Assembly (NCBI GenBank): GCA_963770895.1
Contig: CAVYRF010000002.1
Coordinates: 2,464,001 to 2,528,000 of the forward strand
DNA length: 64,000 nt
Direction of reading: 5' to 3'
Source: an uncultured Acidobacteriota bacterium
Lineage (GTDB): Bacteria > Acidobacteriota > Thermoanaerobaculia > Multivoradales > UBA5704
The translations under genes were made by a program, and so were the position numbers. Shown here piece by piece: positions 51,029 to 59,016 of this stretch. The notes below the pieces were generated by a model. That model made no database searches and was not told the origin of the DNA. It saw only the letters and a program-made list of their open reading frames with translations. Every line of letters starts with the position of its first letter. Within the stretch, counting starts at the first letter, position 1.

Positions 51029-51456
51029 CGGGTGCTCCCGCGCCCGAGGCGCCACAGGGCGGCGTGTGCGATTCCCAGCCCCAGGTCGGCGGCGGCCAGG
51101 GGATAGAGGCCGCCCAGGCCCGGCCGGCGCAGGGCGAGGGCGATAAAGCCGAGGCCGCCCAGGATGCGCCCGGCGGCTGCCACCGCGACCACGCCCTGGA
51201 GCTGCGCCGGGTCGCGCGCCGCCAGCAGGTACACGGCGGCAAGCATGAGCAGCAGCACCGCCAGGGTCCACAGGTAGAAGGCGCCGTCCGGCAGCGGTGG
51301 CAGCGGCAGGCGCAGCAGCCGGGCGGGCAGGCGCGGCGCGGCCACCATCAGCACGGCGAACGCCGCGTCGTAGAGCGCACCGCAGACCAGGCTGGTGCGC
51401 AGGGGCGCCCAGCCAGGATCGGATCGGCGGGTACGGCGGGCCCAGGAGGGGGTCAT
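51025..51456 (-). CDS. Hypothetical membrane protein (about 4 TM)
   Basis: Hydrophobic ORF whose stop overlaps the mlaE-like start. Confidence 0.7.
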   Translation of the reverse strand: MTPSWARRTRRSDPGWAPLRTSLVCGALYDAAFAVLMVAAPRLPARLLRLPLPPLPDGAFYLWTLAVLLLMLAAVYLLAARDPAQLQGVVAVAAAGRILGGLGFIALALRRPGLGGLYPLAAADLGLGIAHAALWRLGRGSTR

Positions 51457-51530
51457 CAGGGGGAAGCCGAAGCGCAGTCTACCAGGGTGGCCGTCGCCGC
51501 GCTCGCCCGCGGGCGAGCCGATCGTGAATA

Positions 51531-52349
51531 ATGCGAGTCTCGCCAAAGGGGGGCCGCTTGCACGCAGAAGATCCCGAAGGCCGCGGTCCAGCGCCGCTGT
51601 ACAGCAAGGTGCTTGCCACCGTTGCGGGCAACATCTTCCTGGCGTTCGGCAGCCTGGCGCTGGGTCTGGCCGCAACCGTCGTGGGCTGGCTGCCGCCGCG
51701 TCATCGTTGGGGGCTGGCGGTGATGCGCGCGTGGTCGACGACGTTGCTGCACGCGAGCGGCGTGCGGCTCCAGTTCGAGCGCCCCGCCGACCTGGACCCC
51801 GCGGCGCGCTATGTCTACCTGGCCAACCATCAGAGCCTGTTCGACATCCCGGTGCTGCTGCTGGCCGTGCGGGGGCCGCTCAGGATGGTCGCCAAGCAGA
51901 GCCTGTTCCGCATCCCCTTTTTCGGCTGGGCGCTGTCGGCGACCGGCTTCGTATCGGTCGACCGGGGCGACAGCTCGGCGGCGCGCCAGTCGTTTGCGGC
52001 GGCCGAGCGGCGGCTGCGGTCGGGCGGTTCGATCCTGCTCTTTCCCGAGGGGACGCGGGGCACCGGCGAGGTGCTGCTGCCGTTCAAGCGCGGCGGCATC
52101 CTGCTGGCGCTGCGCACCGGTCTGCCGATCGTGCCGGTGGGGATCCGCGGCACACGGGCGGTGCAGGGGCGGGGAGAGCGATCCATCCGGCCGGGGGTGG
52201 TGCAGGTGCGATTCGGGTCGCCGATCGCGGTCGAGGCCTTCGGCATGCGGCGCAAGCGCGAGCTGCTGGCGCTGGTGCGGGAGACGATGGCGCAGCTGGC
52301 GGGGGTGCCGGTGGGAGCGGCCGCAGAGGCGGCGGGCGAAGACCGGTAG
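51531..52349 (+). CDS. plsC: 1-acyl-sn-glycerol-3-phosphate acyltransferase
   Basis: ANHQSLFD, FPEGTR, PFKRG. Confidence 0.9.
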   Translation: MRVSPKGGRLHAEDPEGRGPAPLYSKVLATVAGNIFLAFGSLALGLAATVVGWLPPRHRWGLAVMRAWSTTLLHASGVRLQFERPADLDPAARYVYLANHQSLFDIPVLLLAVRGPLRMVAKQSLFRIPFFGWALSATGFVSVDRGDSSAARQSFAAAERRLRSGGSILLFPEGTRGTGEVLLPFKRGGILLALRTGLPIVPVGIRGTRAVQGRGERSIRPGVVQVRFGSPIAVEAFGMRRKRELLALVRETMAQLAGVPVGAAAEAAGEDR

Positions 52350-52430
52350 CAGCGGCTGCCGGCGGGGCCGGCGGGGGTCCGTGCCAGGGTGGGCGGAGGA
52401 GGAGGTGGTAGGCTTCGTGGGTTTGCGGAG

Positions 52431-53537
52431 GTGAGCAATTTGGCCAGCGGTGACTTGGAAGGTCAGGTTTGGGAGGCCCTCAAGGGGGTGCGGTTCCCCG
52501 GCATGAGCAGGGACATCGTGTCGTTCGGGTTCGTGCAGCAGGTGCGGGTCGACGGGGGGGACGTGGAGGTGGGCCTGCTGATGGCGACGCACAACCCGGC
52601 GGCGGCCGAAAAGGTGCGCGAACAGGCCGATCGGATGGTGCGCGCCCTGCCCGGCGTCGCGACCGTGCAGGTGACGATCCAGGTGCAGAAGCCCGTGGCG
52701 GCGCGCGAAGATGCGACGCAAAAGGCGGTGGCGCACGACGCCAACCTGGTGCCGGGGGTGCGCCACCTGGTGGCGGTGGCGAGCGGCAAGGGCGGCGTCG
52801 GCAAATCGACCGTCGCGGCCAACCTGGCGGTGAGCCTGGCACAGCTGGGATTCGCGGTCGGATTGCTGGACGTCGACATCTACGGGCCTTCGGTGCCGAC
52901 GATGTTCGGCATCCAGGAGAAGCCGCGGCTGGACGGCAACCGCATCCTGCCGTTCACCAAGTACGGCATCCGCCTGATGTCGCTCGGCTTCATCCTGGAA
53001 ACCGACACGCCGGTGATCTGGCGCGGCCCGATGGTGATGCGGGCGATCGAACAGATGCTGGCCGACGTGGAGTGGGGCACCCTGGACTACATGGTCCTCG
53101 ACCTGCCGCCGGGCACCGGCGACGCGCAGCTGACGGTGACGCAAAAGGTGTCGCTGGCGGGGGCGGTGATCGTCACCACGCCACAGGACGTGGCGCTGAT
53201 CGACGCCCGCAAGGGCCTGGCGATGTTCAAGAAGGTCAACGTGCCGGTGATCGGCATCGTCGAAAACATGTCGTCGTTCGTCTGCCCGCACTGCGGCCAG
53301 GTCACCGACATCTTCAAGCGGGGCGGCGGTGAAAAGACCGCCGACCTGCTCGGCACCGCCTTTCTGGGTGCCGTGCCGCTCGATGCCAAGATCGTCCTGG
53401 GCGGCGACGCCGGTGTGCCGATCGTGGTCGCCGAGCCGCAGGGGGCGCATGCCGCGGCGTTCCGTCGCATCGCCGAAGCGGTGATCGCCGAAGTCTCGCG
53501 GCAGAGCGCCGCCCGTCCCAAGCTCTCGATCGTCTGA
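52431..53537 (+). CDS. mrp: Mrp/ApbC Fe-S cluster carrier ATPase
   Basis: SGKGGVGKST, DIYGPS, WRGPM, DLPPGTGD, ENMS..CPHC. Confidence 0.96.
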   Translation: MSNLASGDLEGQVWEALKGVRFPGMSRDIVSFGFVQQVRVDGGDVEVGLLMATHNPAAAEKVREQADRMVRALPGVATVQVTIQVQKPVAAREDATQKAVAHDANLVPGVRHLVAVASGKGGVGKSTVAANLAVSLAQLGFAVGLLDVDIYGPSVPTMFGIQEKPRLDGNRILPFTKYGIRLMSLGFILETDTPVIWRGPMVMRAIEQMLADVEWGTLDYMVLDLPPGTGDAQLTVTQKVSLAGAVIVTTPQDVALIDARKGLAMFKKVNVPVIGIVENMSSFVCPHCGQVTDIFKRGGGEKTADLLGTAFLGAVPLDAKIVLGGDAGVPIVVAEPQGAHAAAFRRIAEAVIAEVSRQSAARPKLSIV

Positions 53538-53539
53538 CG

Positions 53540-54292
53540 ATGAAGACAGCGCTGCTGGCGGACGCCCACCTGAGCGGGCCGGGAGGTCCTGCCGGGCCGC
53601 TCGTGGCGCAGCTCGGGATGCTGCCCGACCTGGGTTGCCGCCGGCTGGTGCTGATGGGCGACCTGTTTCAGGCCTGGGTGGGGCTGCGGCGCTTCGAAAC
53701 CCCCGACATCGCGGCGACCGTCGGCGCGTTGCGCCAACTGCGGCGCCGCGGCGTGGCGATCGACTACGTCGAGGGGAACCGGGATTTCTTTCTGGCCGGC
53801 GGCCCCTATGCCGACGCCTTCGACCGCGTGGCGACCGAGGTCAGCTTCCAGGTGGACGGGGTGCGCTACCTGGCAGTGCACGGCGACGGCTTGAACGACG
53901 ACGACTGGCGGTATCGCTTCTGGCGCAGCCTGTCGAAGAGCCCGGTGAGCCGCGTTTTTGCCGGCTGCGTGCCCGGCGGGGTGGCGCGCCGGCTGGTCGC
54001 TTCGACCGAGCAACGCCTGTCGCACACCAACTTCAAGCATCGCCACGAGCTTCCCCGTGCCGCCATCCACCGCTACGCCGAGCGGCGCCTGGCCGAGGGC
54101 CACGACGTCCTGCTCCTGGGCCACTTTCACGAGGCCCACAGCTGGCAGGTGGCGGGGGGAGAGGTGCGGCTGCTGGCGGCCTGGTTCCGGACGCGGACTT
54201 TGGAATGGCTGCCGGCGGCGAGGCCCGCGGTGTCCGCATCGTCCGCAACGTCCGCGGTCGAAGCGACCGTGGACGTCAACCGGGTGAGCTAG
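53540..54292 (+). CDS. UDP-2,3-diacylglucosamine hydrolase-like metallophosphoesterase (LpxH-like)
   Basis: ADAHL, MGDLF, EGNRDF, HGD, GHFH. Confidence 0.8.
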   Translation: MKTALLADAHLSGPGGPAGPLVAQLGMLPDLGCRRLVLMGDLFQAWVGLRRFETPDIAATVGALRQLRRRGVAIDYVEGNRDFFLAGGPYADAFDRVATEVSFQVDGVRYLAVHGDGLNDDDWRYRFWRSLSKSPVSRVFAGCVPGGVARRLVASTEQRLSHTNFKHRHELPRAAIHRYAERRLAEGHDVLLLGHFHEAHSWQVAGGEVRLLAAWFRTRTLEWLPAARPAVSASSATSAVEATVDVNRVS

Positions 54293-54295
54293 CGA

Positions 54296-55738
54296 TTACT
54301 GGCGGTGAGGCAGGGGGGGCGCTTCGAACCTGGCGGTCGGGTCACCCAGGGAGCGCTTGAGGAAGGTGGCAACGCTGGCGACCACCTGAGCCAGCTGTGC
54401 GATCTGGCCGGTGATGTGCTCCGCGGCGGTGGCTTGCTGGAAGAAGCTTGCCGCCGCCAGCGCTTCACGATCGACGTTGCGCGCGGCGAAGATCGCCACC
54501 ATCTCAGCCGCCAGCTGCTTGAGCTCGGCATGCCGGTGTTGGTTGGCGTACAGACCGGCCAGCTCCATCGACACCAGGGCTGCTTCGTAAGGGATGTCCT
54601 TGTGCAGGAATCCCTGGCGGGCCTTGAGAAAGAGCGCCTCCGCGGAGGCGTCCTGGCCCAGGCCGTGTTCGATCATGCCCTTGATCCATAGGCGGTGATT
54701 GCCGAAACCGCTCAGCTCGTACTTCCGATAGAGCGGCCGCGCGGTGCGGTACAGGCCCTGCGCTTCGATGAAGCGGCCGAGCAGCACGTGGCAATGGATC
54801 AGGTGGTGGGTGGCGACCATGCGCGAGCGCTCGTCACCGGCGGCTTCGACCTGCGGCATGGCTTCCTGCAGCACGGCGATCGCCTGCGCGGTCTGACCGG
54901 CGCGCTCATGCAGGATGGACAGGTTGACGACGCACTTGACCGCCCGGTGGTGGTTGCCCTGCTGGCGGAAGATGGTGATGGCGCGGGTGAGCAGCGTCGC
55001 CGCCTCGGTGAAGCGCCGCTGGGCGCGCAGCAGCGAAGCGCGCAGATCCAGGTAGACGGCGCGCTCGAACGGCTCGCGGGTGCCCAGCTTGAGGTGGGCG
55101 TACGCGGTCTGAAAGGCCTTTTCGGCGCCCTCCAGGTCGGAGGCACGGCGCCGCAGGTTGGCGATGTACGACCAGGCGCGCGAGCGCAGATCTTCGATCA
55201 GCTCGCGCGTGTAGTACGCGGTATCCAGGTGGTCGGAAACTTCCAGCGCCATCCGCGCCAGGTCCTCGGATTCTTGCGGAGAGCTGTCGCGAACTTCCCA
55301 GCTGCGGTGCAGCAGCCGTTCGTACACACCCCAGGTCTGGAAGCGCGAAGAGTTTGCGAGCAGCAGCAGCCGCCTGCTCTCAGCGCGCTGCACGCTCAGC
55401 TCGTCGACCAGCGCCACCGCTTCGGCGCGCTCGCGCTCCACGTCGCGCAGCCGCTCGAGGTACGTGCGTTCGCTGCGTTCGATCAGCGAACCGTAGTCGG
55501 CGGACGGCGCGACGTGCGGCGTCGGAACCAGCTGGGCCGCCTGCAGCGGCCGGGCACTTGTCGCCGGGAACGGCAGAGATGTCAGAGATGGGGCCTGGCG
55601 CGGTGAGCCGCCGCCAAGCGACGACAACCGGAACCTGCATGCGGGACAACTCGCGAGATGCTGCCGCAGGGCTGAACGGCCGCCGCCCATGCAAAGCAGC
55701 ATTTCCTCAAGCAGCAGATCGCTGGGGTGAATTTTCAC
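54296..55738 (-). CDS. Zinc-finger (HC2-like) + TPR-repeat protein
   Basis: GGAGGG RBS then GTG; HLASCPACR near the N-terminus, Pro/Ser linker, about 7 TPR-like helical pairs (RAWSYIANLRR, RRFTEAATLL, LGRFIEAQGLY, PYEAALVSMELA). Confidence 0.85.
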   Translation of the reverse strand: MKIHPSDLLLEEMLLCMGGGRSALRQHLASCPACRFRLSSLGGGSPRQAPSLTSLPFPATSARPLQAAQLVPTPHVAPSADYGSLIERSERTYLERLRDVERERAEAVALVDELSVQRAESRRLLLLANSSRFQTWGVYERLLHRSWEVRDSSPQESEDLARMALEVSDHLDTAYYTRELIEDLRSRAWSYIANLRRRASDLEGAEKAFQTAYAHLKLGTREPFERAVYLDLRASLLRAQRRFTEAATLLTRAITIFRQQGNHHRAVKCVVNLSILHERAGQTAQAIAVLQEAMPQVEAAGDERSRMVATHHLIHCHVLLGRFIEAQGLYRTARPLYRKYELSGFGNHRLWIKGMIEHGLGQDASAEALFLKARQGFLHKDIPYEAALVSMELAGLYANQHRHAELKQLAAEMVAIFAARNVDREALAAASFFQQATAAEHITGQIAQLAQVVASVATFLKRSLGDPTARFEAPPLPHRQ

Positions 55739-55852
55739 CGGATGCTACCCTCCCTGACAGCCCAAACCATCGCATGACGATAACTCTAGAGTACCACTCC
55801 TATCAGTAAAAGTTGTCTCTGAGCAATAAATCGGGACAACAATTTGCCAGGA

Positions 55853-55878
55853 GGCGCCGGTTCGGCCGAACCGGCGCC
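55853..55878. terminator. Perfect 26-bp palindrome between the peptide and TPR genes (terminator-like, no U tract)
   Basis: GGCGCCGGTTCGG|CCGAACCGGCGCC. Confidence 0.6.
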
Positions 55879-55935
55879 CTCCGCCAAGTGAATCTCCCAA
55901 GCCGACAGTACTCCCAAGTGTAGCAAGTGCAACAG

Positions 55936-56235
55936 TTACGGGTTGAGCGTCACGCCGAGCCCGAATTTGGTGCCGGCCGGGGCGACGTTGTTGTCCGGCG
56001 AACCGCCGTCCTTTTGAATGCTCACGGTGTGCTGCGGGGCGCCCGCGTGCAGGATCGTCACCAATTGGTGGTTCAGCCAGGTCCACACGGAAGCGACGAA
56101 GGAGTCCGCCGTGGCAGGTCCGCTGACCACGGGCCGGGCGGTGAGCGGGGTGGCCTGAGCGAGAAGGCCCCCCAGAAGACCCACGACGAGCGCAACGAGG
56201 ACGACACGGGCGATGAGATGGTTCTTGCGGGGCAT
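55936..56235 (-). CDS. Small secreted pre-pro-peptide (99 aa)
   Basis: AAGGAG RBS; basic N-terminus, hydrophobic helix, AQA cleavage site; VWTWL amphipathic helix; KDGGSPDN and KFGLGVTLNP segments. Confidence 0.78.
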   Translation of the reverse strand: MPRKNHLIARVVLVALVVGLLGGLLAQATPLTARPVVSGPATADSFVASVWTWLNHQLVTILHAGAPQHTVSIQKDGGSPDNNVAPAGTKFGLGVTLNP

Positions 56236-56505
56236 GACAAATCACTCCTTCAGCGACCCGCTCGCGCGGCCTTTATGGTCGGTGGCGGGGAACGCGCCTA
56301 TTAAAGAGTGGCACCGTCCGGGCTAAAGCGGGTCGATCATCCCGATTTGTGCCATTTGTTTGCAGGTTTCGCCCTGCGAGTTGCGATCTGATAGAACGAT
56401 AACAGAGTTGCTTGGTCAGAGGACAGGCGGTCTGAATTCAACTTTTTGAAAGGCCGGCGGCGGCCGAGGGCCGGGCGGCGGACCGCTGTTAAACTGCCGG
56501 CCGCG

Positions 56506-57273
56506 ATGGCGGTCCGGGTCACCATGTTGGGCAGCGGCACCTCCACCGGCGTGCCGGTGATCGGCTGCACCTGTCCGGTCTGCACCTCGACCAATCCGCG
56601 CAACAAACGCTGGCGCCCCTGCCTGAAGCTTGAGATCGGCGATCGGGTGGTGCTGGTCGACACCCCTCCCGACCTGCGCGCCCAGGCGCTGCGTTTCGGC
56701 CTGCCGCGGGTGGACGCCGTGCTGTTCACGCACCCCCATGCCGATCACATATTTGGACTTGACGATGTGCGCATTTTTAACTTTAGGCAACGCGCCCCGA
56801 TTCCCTGCTATGCGTCCGCCGAGACCCTGGGCGCCTTGCGCCGGGTTTTTGCCTATGTTTTCGAAGACGGCCAGGAGGGCGGTGGCAAGCCGCAGCTGGA
56901 CCTGATCGAAGTGTCAGGTCCGTTCACCGTCGCCGGCCAGCGGGTGGTGCCGATTCCGGTGTGGCACGGCGAGATCGAAGTGTATGGTTATCGTTTCGGA
57001 AAATTCGCCTATGTCACTGACTGCAAGACCATCCCTGAAAGCAGCTACGAGCTGCTGCAGGGCGTCGAGGTGCTGATCCTGGACGCCTTGCGCTACCATC
57101 CCCATTCAACCCATTTCTCGGTGGAGGAGGCGCTGGCGGCGGCGGCGCGCGTCGGCGCCGCGCGCACCATCTTCACCCACCTCGCGCACGAGATCGATCA
57201 CGATGCGCCGGCGGTGGCCCTGCCGCCGGGGGTGGAATTCGGCTATGACGGGCTGGTCTTTTCCAGCGACTGA
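56506..57273 (+). CDS. PhnP-like MBL-fold metallohydrolase
   Basis: LGSGTSTGVPVIGCTCPVC, THPHADHIFGLDD, AYVTD, HSTH, THLAH. Confidence 0.93.
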   Translation: MAVRVTMLGSGTSTGVPVIGCTCPVCTSTNPRNKRWRPCLKLEIGDRVVLVDTPPDLRAQALRFGLPRVDAVLFTHPHADHIFGLDDVRIFNFRQRAPIPCYASAETLGALRRVFAYVFEDGQEGGGKPQLDLIEVSGPFTVAGQRVVPIPVWHGEIEVYGYRFGKFAYVTDCKTIPESSYELLQGVEVLILDALRYHPHSTHFSVEEALAAAARVGAARTIFTHLAHEIDHDAPAVALPPGVEFGYDGLVFSSD

Positions 57274-58558
57274 ACCGCTGCTCATCCCCAGCGGCCGTCG
57301 CGCCGCCGGCCGCCTGCGGGTGCCGGCCTCGAAGAGCGTCACCCACCGCTACCTCAACCTCGCCCTGCTGGCCAGGCGCCCGGTGGTGGTCGAGCGCCCC
57401 CTGCTGGCCGACGACACCCGGCTCTTCCTTGCCGCGCTCGCCCGCTGCGGCTGGACGGTGACGGAGCGGCCCGGCGAAGAGTTTCAGCTGACGCCGGGCA
57501 CGGCGCTCGCCGGCGGAGCGCTGATCGATTGCGGCAACGCCGGAACCCTGCTGCGCTTTCTGACCGCGGCGCTGGCGGTGACGCCCGGCCATTGGACCCT
57601 GGACGGAACGGCGCGTCTGCGGGAGCGGCCGATCGGACCGTTGGTCGCGGCGCTGCGGCGCCTGGGCGCGGTCATCCACCACACCGGCCGTGCCGGCTGC
57701 GTGCCGATCGACGTCGCCGGCGGCAGCATGCAGGGGGGGACGACCCGCCTGGATGCGGGCGAGTCGAGCCAATACCTTTCGGCCTTGTTGATGGCGGCCC
57801 TGGCGGCGCCGGCGCCGATCGAGATCCAGGTGGACGCCCTCACCTCGGAGCCCTACGTGCACGTCACCCTGGCCGCGATCGAAAGGTGCGGCGGCACCAT
57901 CGCGGTCCAGGGCGGCGGCGACCAGCCGGTGTGCTATCGCGTGCGGCCGGGGCTGGCGTTGCCGCCGCGCCTGCGCGTCGAAGGCGACGCCTCGGCCGCC
58001 TGCTATCCGGCCGCCGCCGCGGCGCTCACCGGCGGCAGCGTGCTGTTGGAAGGGCTGCCCGCCGACTCGCCGCAGGGCGACCGCCGCTTTCTGGATCTGC
58101 TTGCCAGCATGGGCGCAAAGGTGACCTGGCGGCAGGATGCGGTCGAAGTGCACGGTGATCGTTTGCAGGCCGTGGACGTCGACCTGTCCGCCATGCCCGA
58201 CCAGGTCCCCACCCTGGCCGCCCTCGCCCCCTTCGCTCGCGGCACCACCCACATCCGCGGCGTCGCCCACCTCCGTCTCAAGGAAAGCGATCGCCTCGCC
58301 GCCATGGCGACCGAGCTGCGCCGCCTGGGCGTCGCCGTCGAAGAAGGCGCTGACCGGTTGGCGATCGAAGGGTGCTGGAGCGATGCGCCGCCGCCCGCCG
58401 ACCCGGTAGCCGTGCAAACCTACGGCGATCACCGCATCGCCATGAGCCTGGCCCTGGTGGGTCTGCGCCGCCCCGGCGTATCCGTGGCCACGCCCGAAGT
58501 CGTATCCAAGTCCTACCCCGCCTTTTGGCAAGACTTTTCCCACCTGCTCGGCGGCTAG
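57245..58558 (+). CDS. aroA: EPSP synthase
   Basis: SKS, GNAGT, RERPI, SSQYLSAL, EGDASAA, LRLKESDRL, DHRIAMS, KSYPAF. Confidence 0.96.
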   Translation: MTGWSFPATEPLLIPSGRRAAGRLRVPASKSVTHRYLNLALLARRPVVVERPLLADDTRLFLAALARCGWTVTERPGEEFQLTPGTALAGGALIDCGNAGTLLRFLTAALAVTPGHWTLDGTARLRERPIGPLVAALRRLGAVIHHTGRAGCVPIDVAGGSMQGGTTRLDAGESSQYLSALLMAALAAPAPIEIQVDALTSEPYVHVTLAAIERCGGTIAVQGGGDQPVCYRVRPGLALPPRLRVEGDASAACYPAAAAALTGGSVLLEGLPADSPQGDRRFLDLLASMGAKVTWRQDAVEVHGDRLQAVDVDLSAMPDQVPTLAALAPFARGTTHIRGVAHLRLKESDRLAAMATELRRLGVAVEEGADRLAIEGCWSDAPPPADPVAVQTYGDHRIAMSLALVGLRRPGVSVATPEVVSKSYPAFWQDFSHLLGG

Positions 58559-58565
58559 CCGAGGA

Positions 58566-58682
58566 GTCGGCCGGGGCTGTCGCCTGTCCCGGCATTCCCG
58601 GCAGGTCGGCCGGGGCTGTCGCCTGTCCCGGCATTCCCGGCAGGTCGGCCGGGGCTGTCGCCTGTCCCGGCATTCCCGGCAG
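58566..58682. repeat. Three perfect tandem 39-bp repeats
   Basis: GTCGGCCGGGGCTGTCGCCTGTCCCGGCATTCCCGGCAG at 58566, 58605 and 58644; no spacers. Confidence 0.95.
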
Positions 58683-59016
58683 GTCACAAGCCGCCAGGGG
58701 GCCGGAGGGCAAGCGAATACCATGCGAATTAGCCGGGCGGGGCACCAACAGCCTTCGACCGCCGTAGGTCCCGCGGCGCCGTCGCCTCCCTCGCTGTTTC
58801 CGCATCGCGCGCCGCCAGGTTGCCGCCACCCACCGCGGCTTGGCTGGCGCCGCGGCGTTCGGGTGGTCGGCGGCGCCTTGTTCCAGTCGGCGGCAACTTT
58901 ATTCAAACATCGGCAATCATTCGAAAATAGATTGATTTTGGAATAATCTAGGTCGCCCTGCGGGGCGTAATGCGCAACGTCTGATCTGACAGTTCTGAAG
59001 GGTGGGAGCGGCAAGG

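Noticed and set aside
56337-56360. Sigma-54 promoter (TGGCAC) upstream of the peptide gene
   Set aside because: The -24 TGGCAC is present on the minus strand, but there is no TTGC -12 element at the required spacing.
58566-58682. CRISPR array
   Set aside because: The repeats are contiguous with no spacers, and no cas genes are present.
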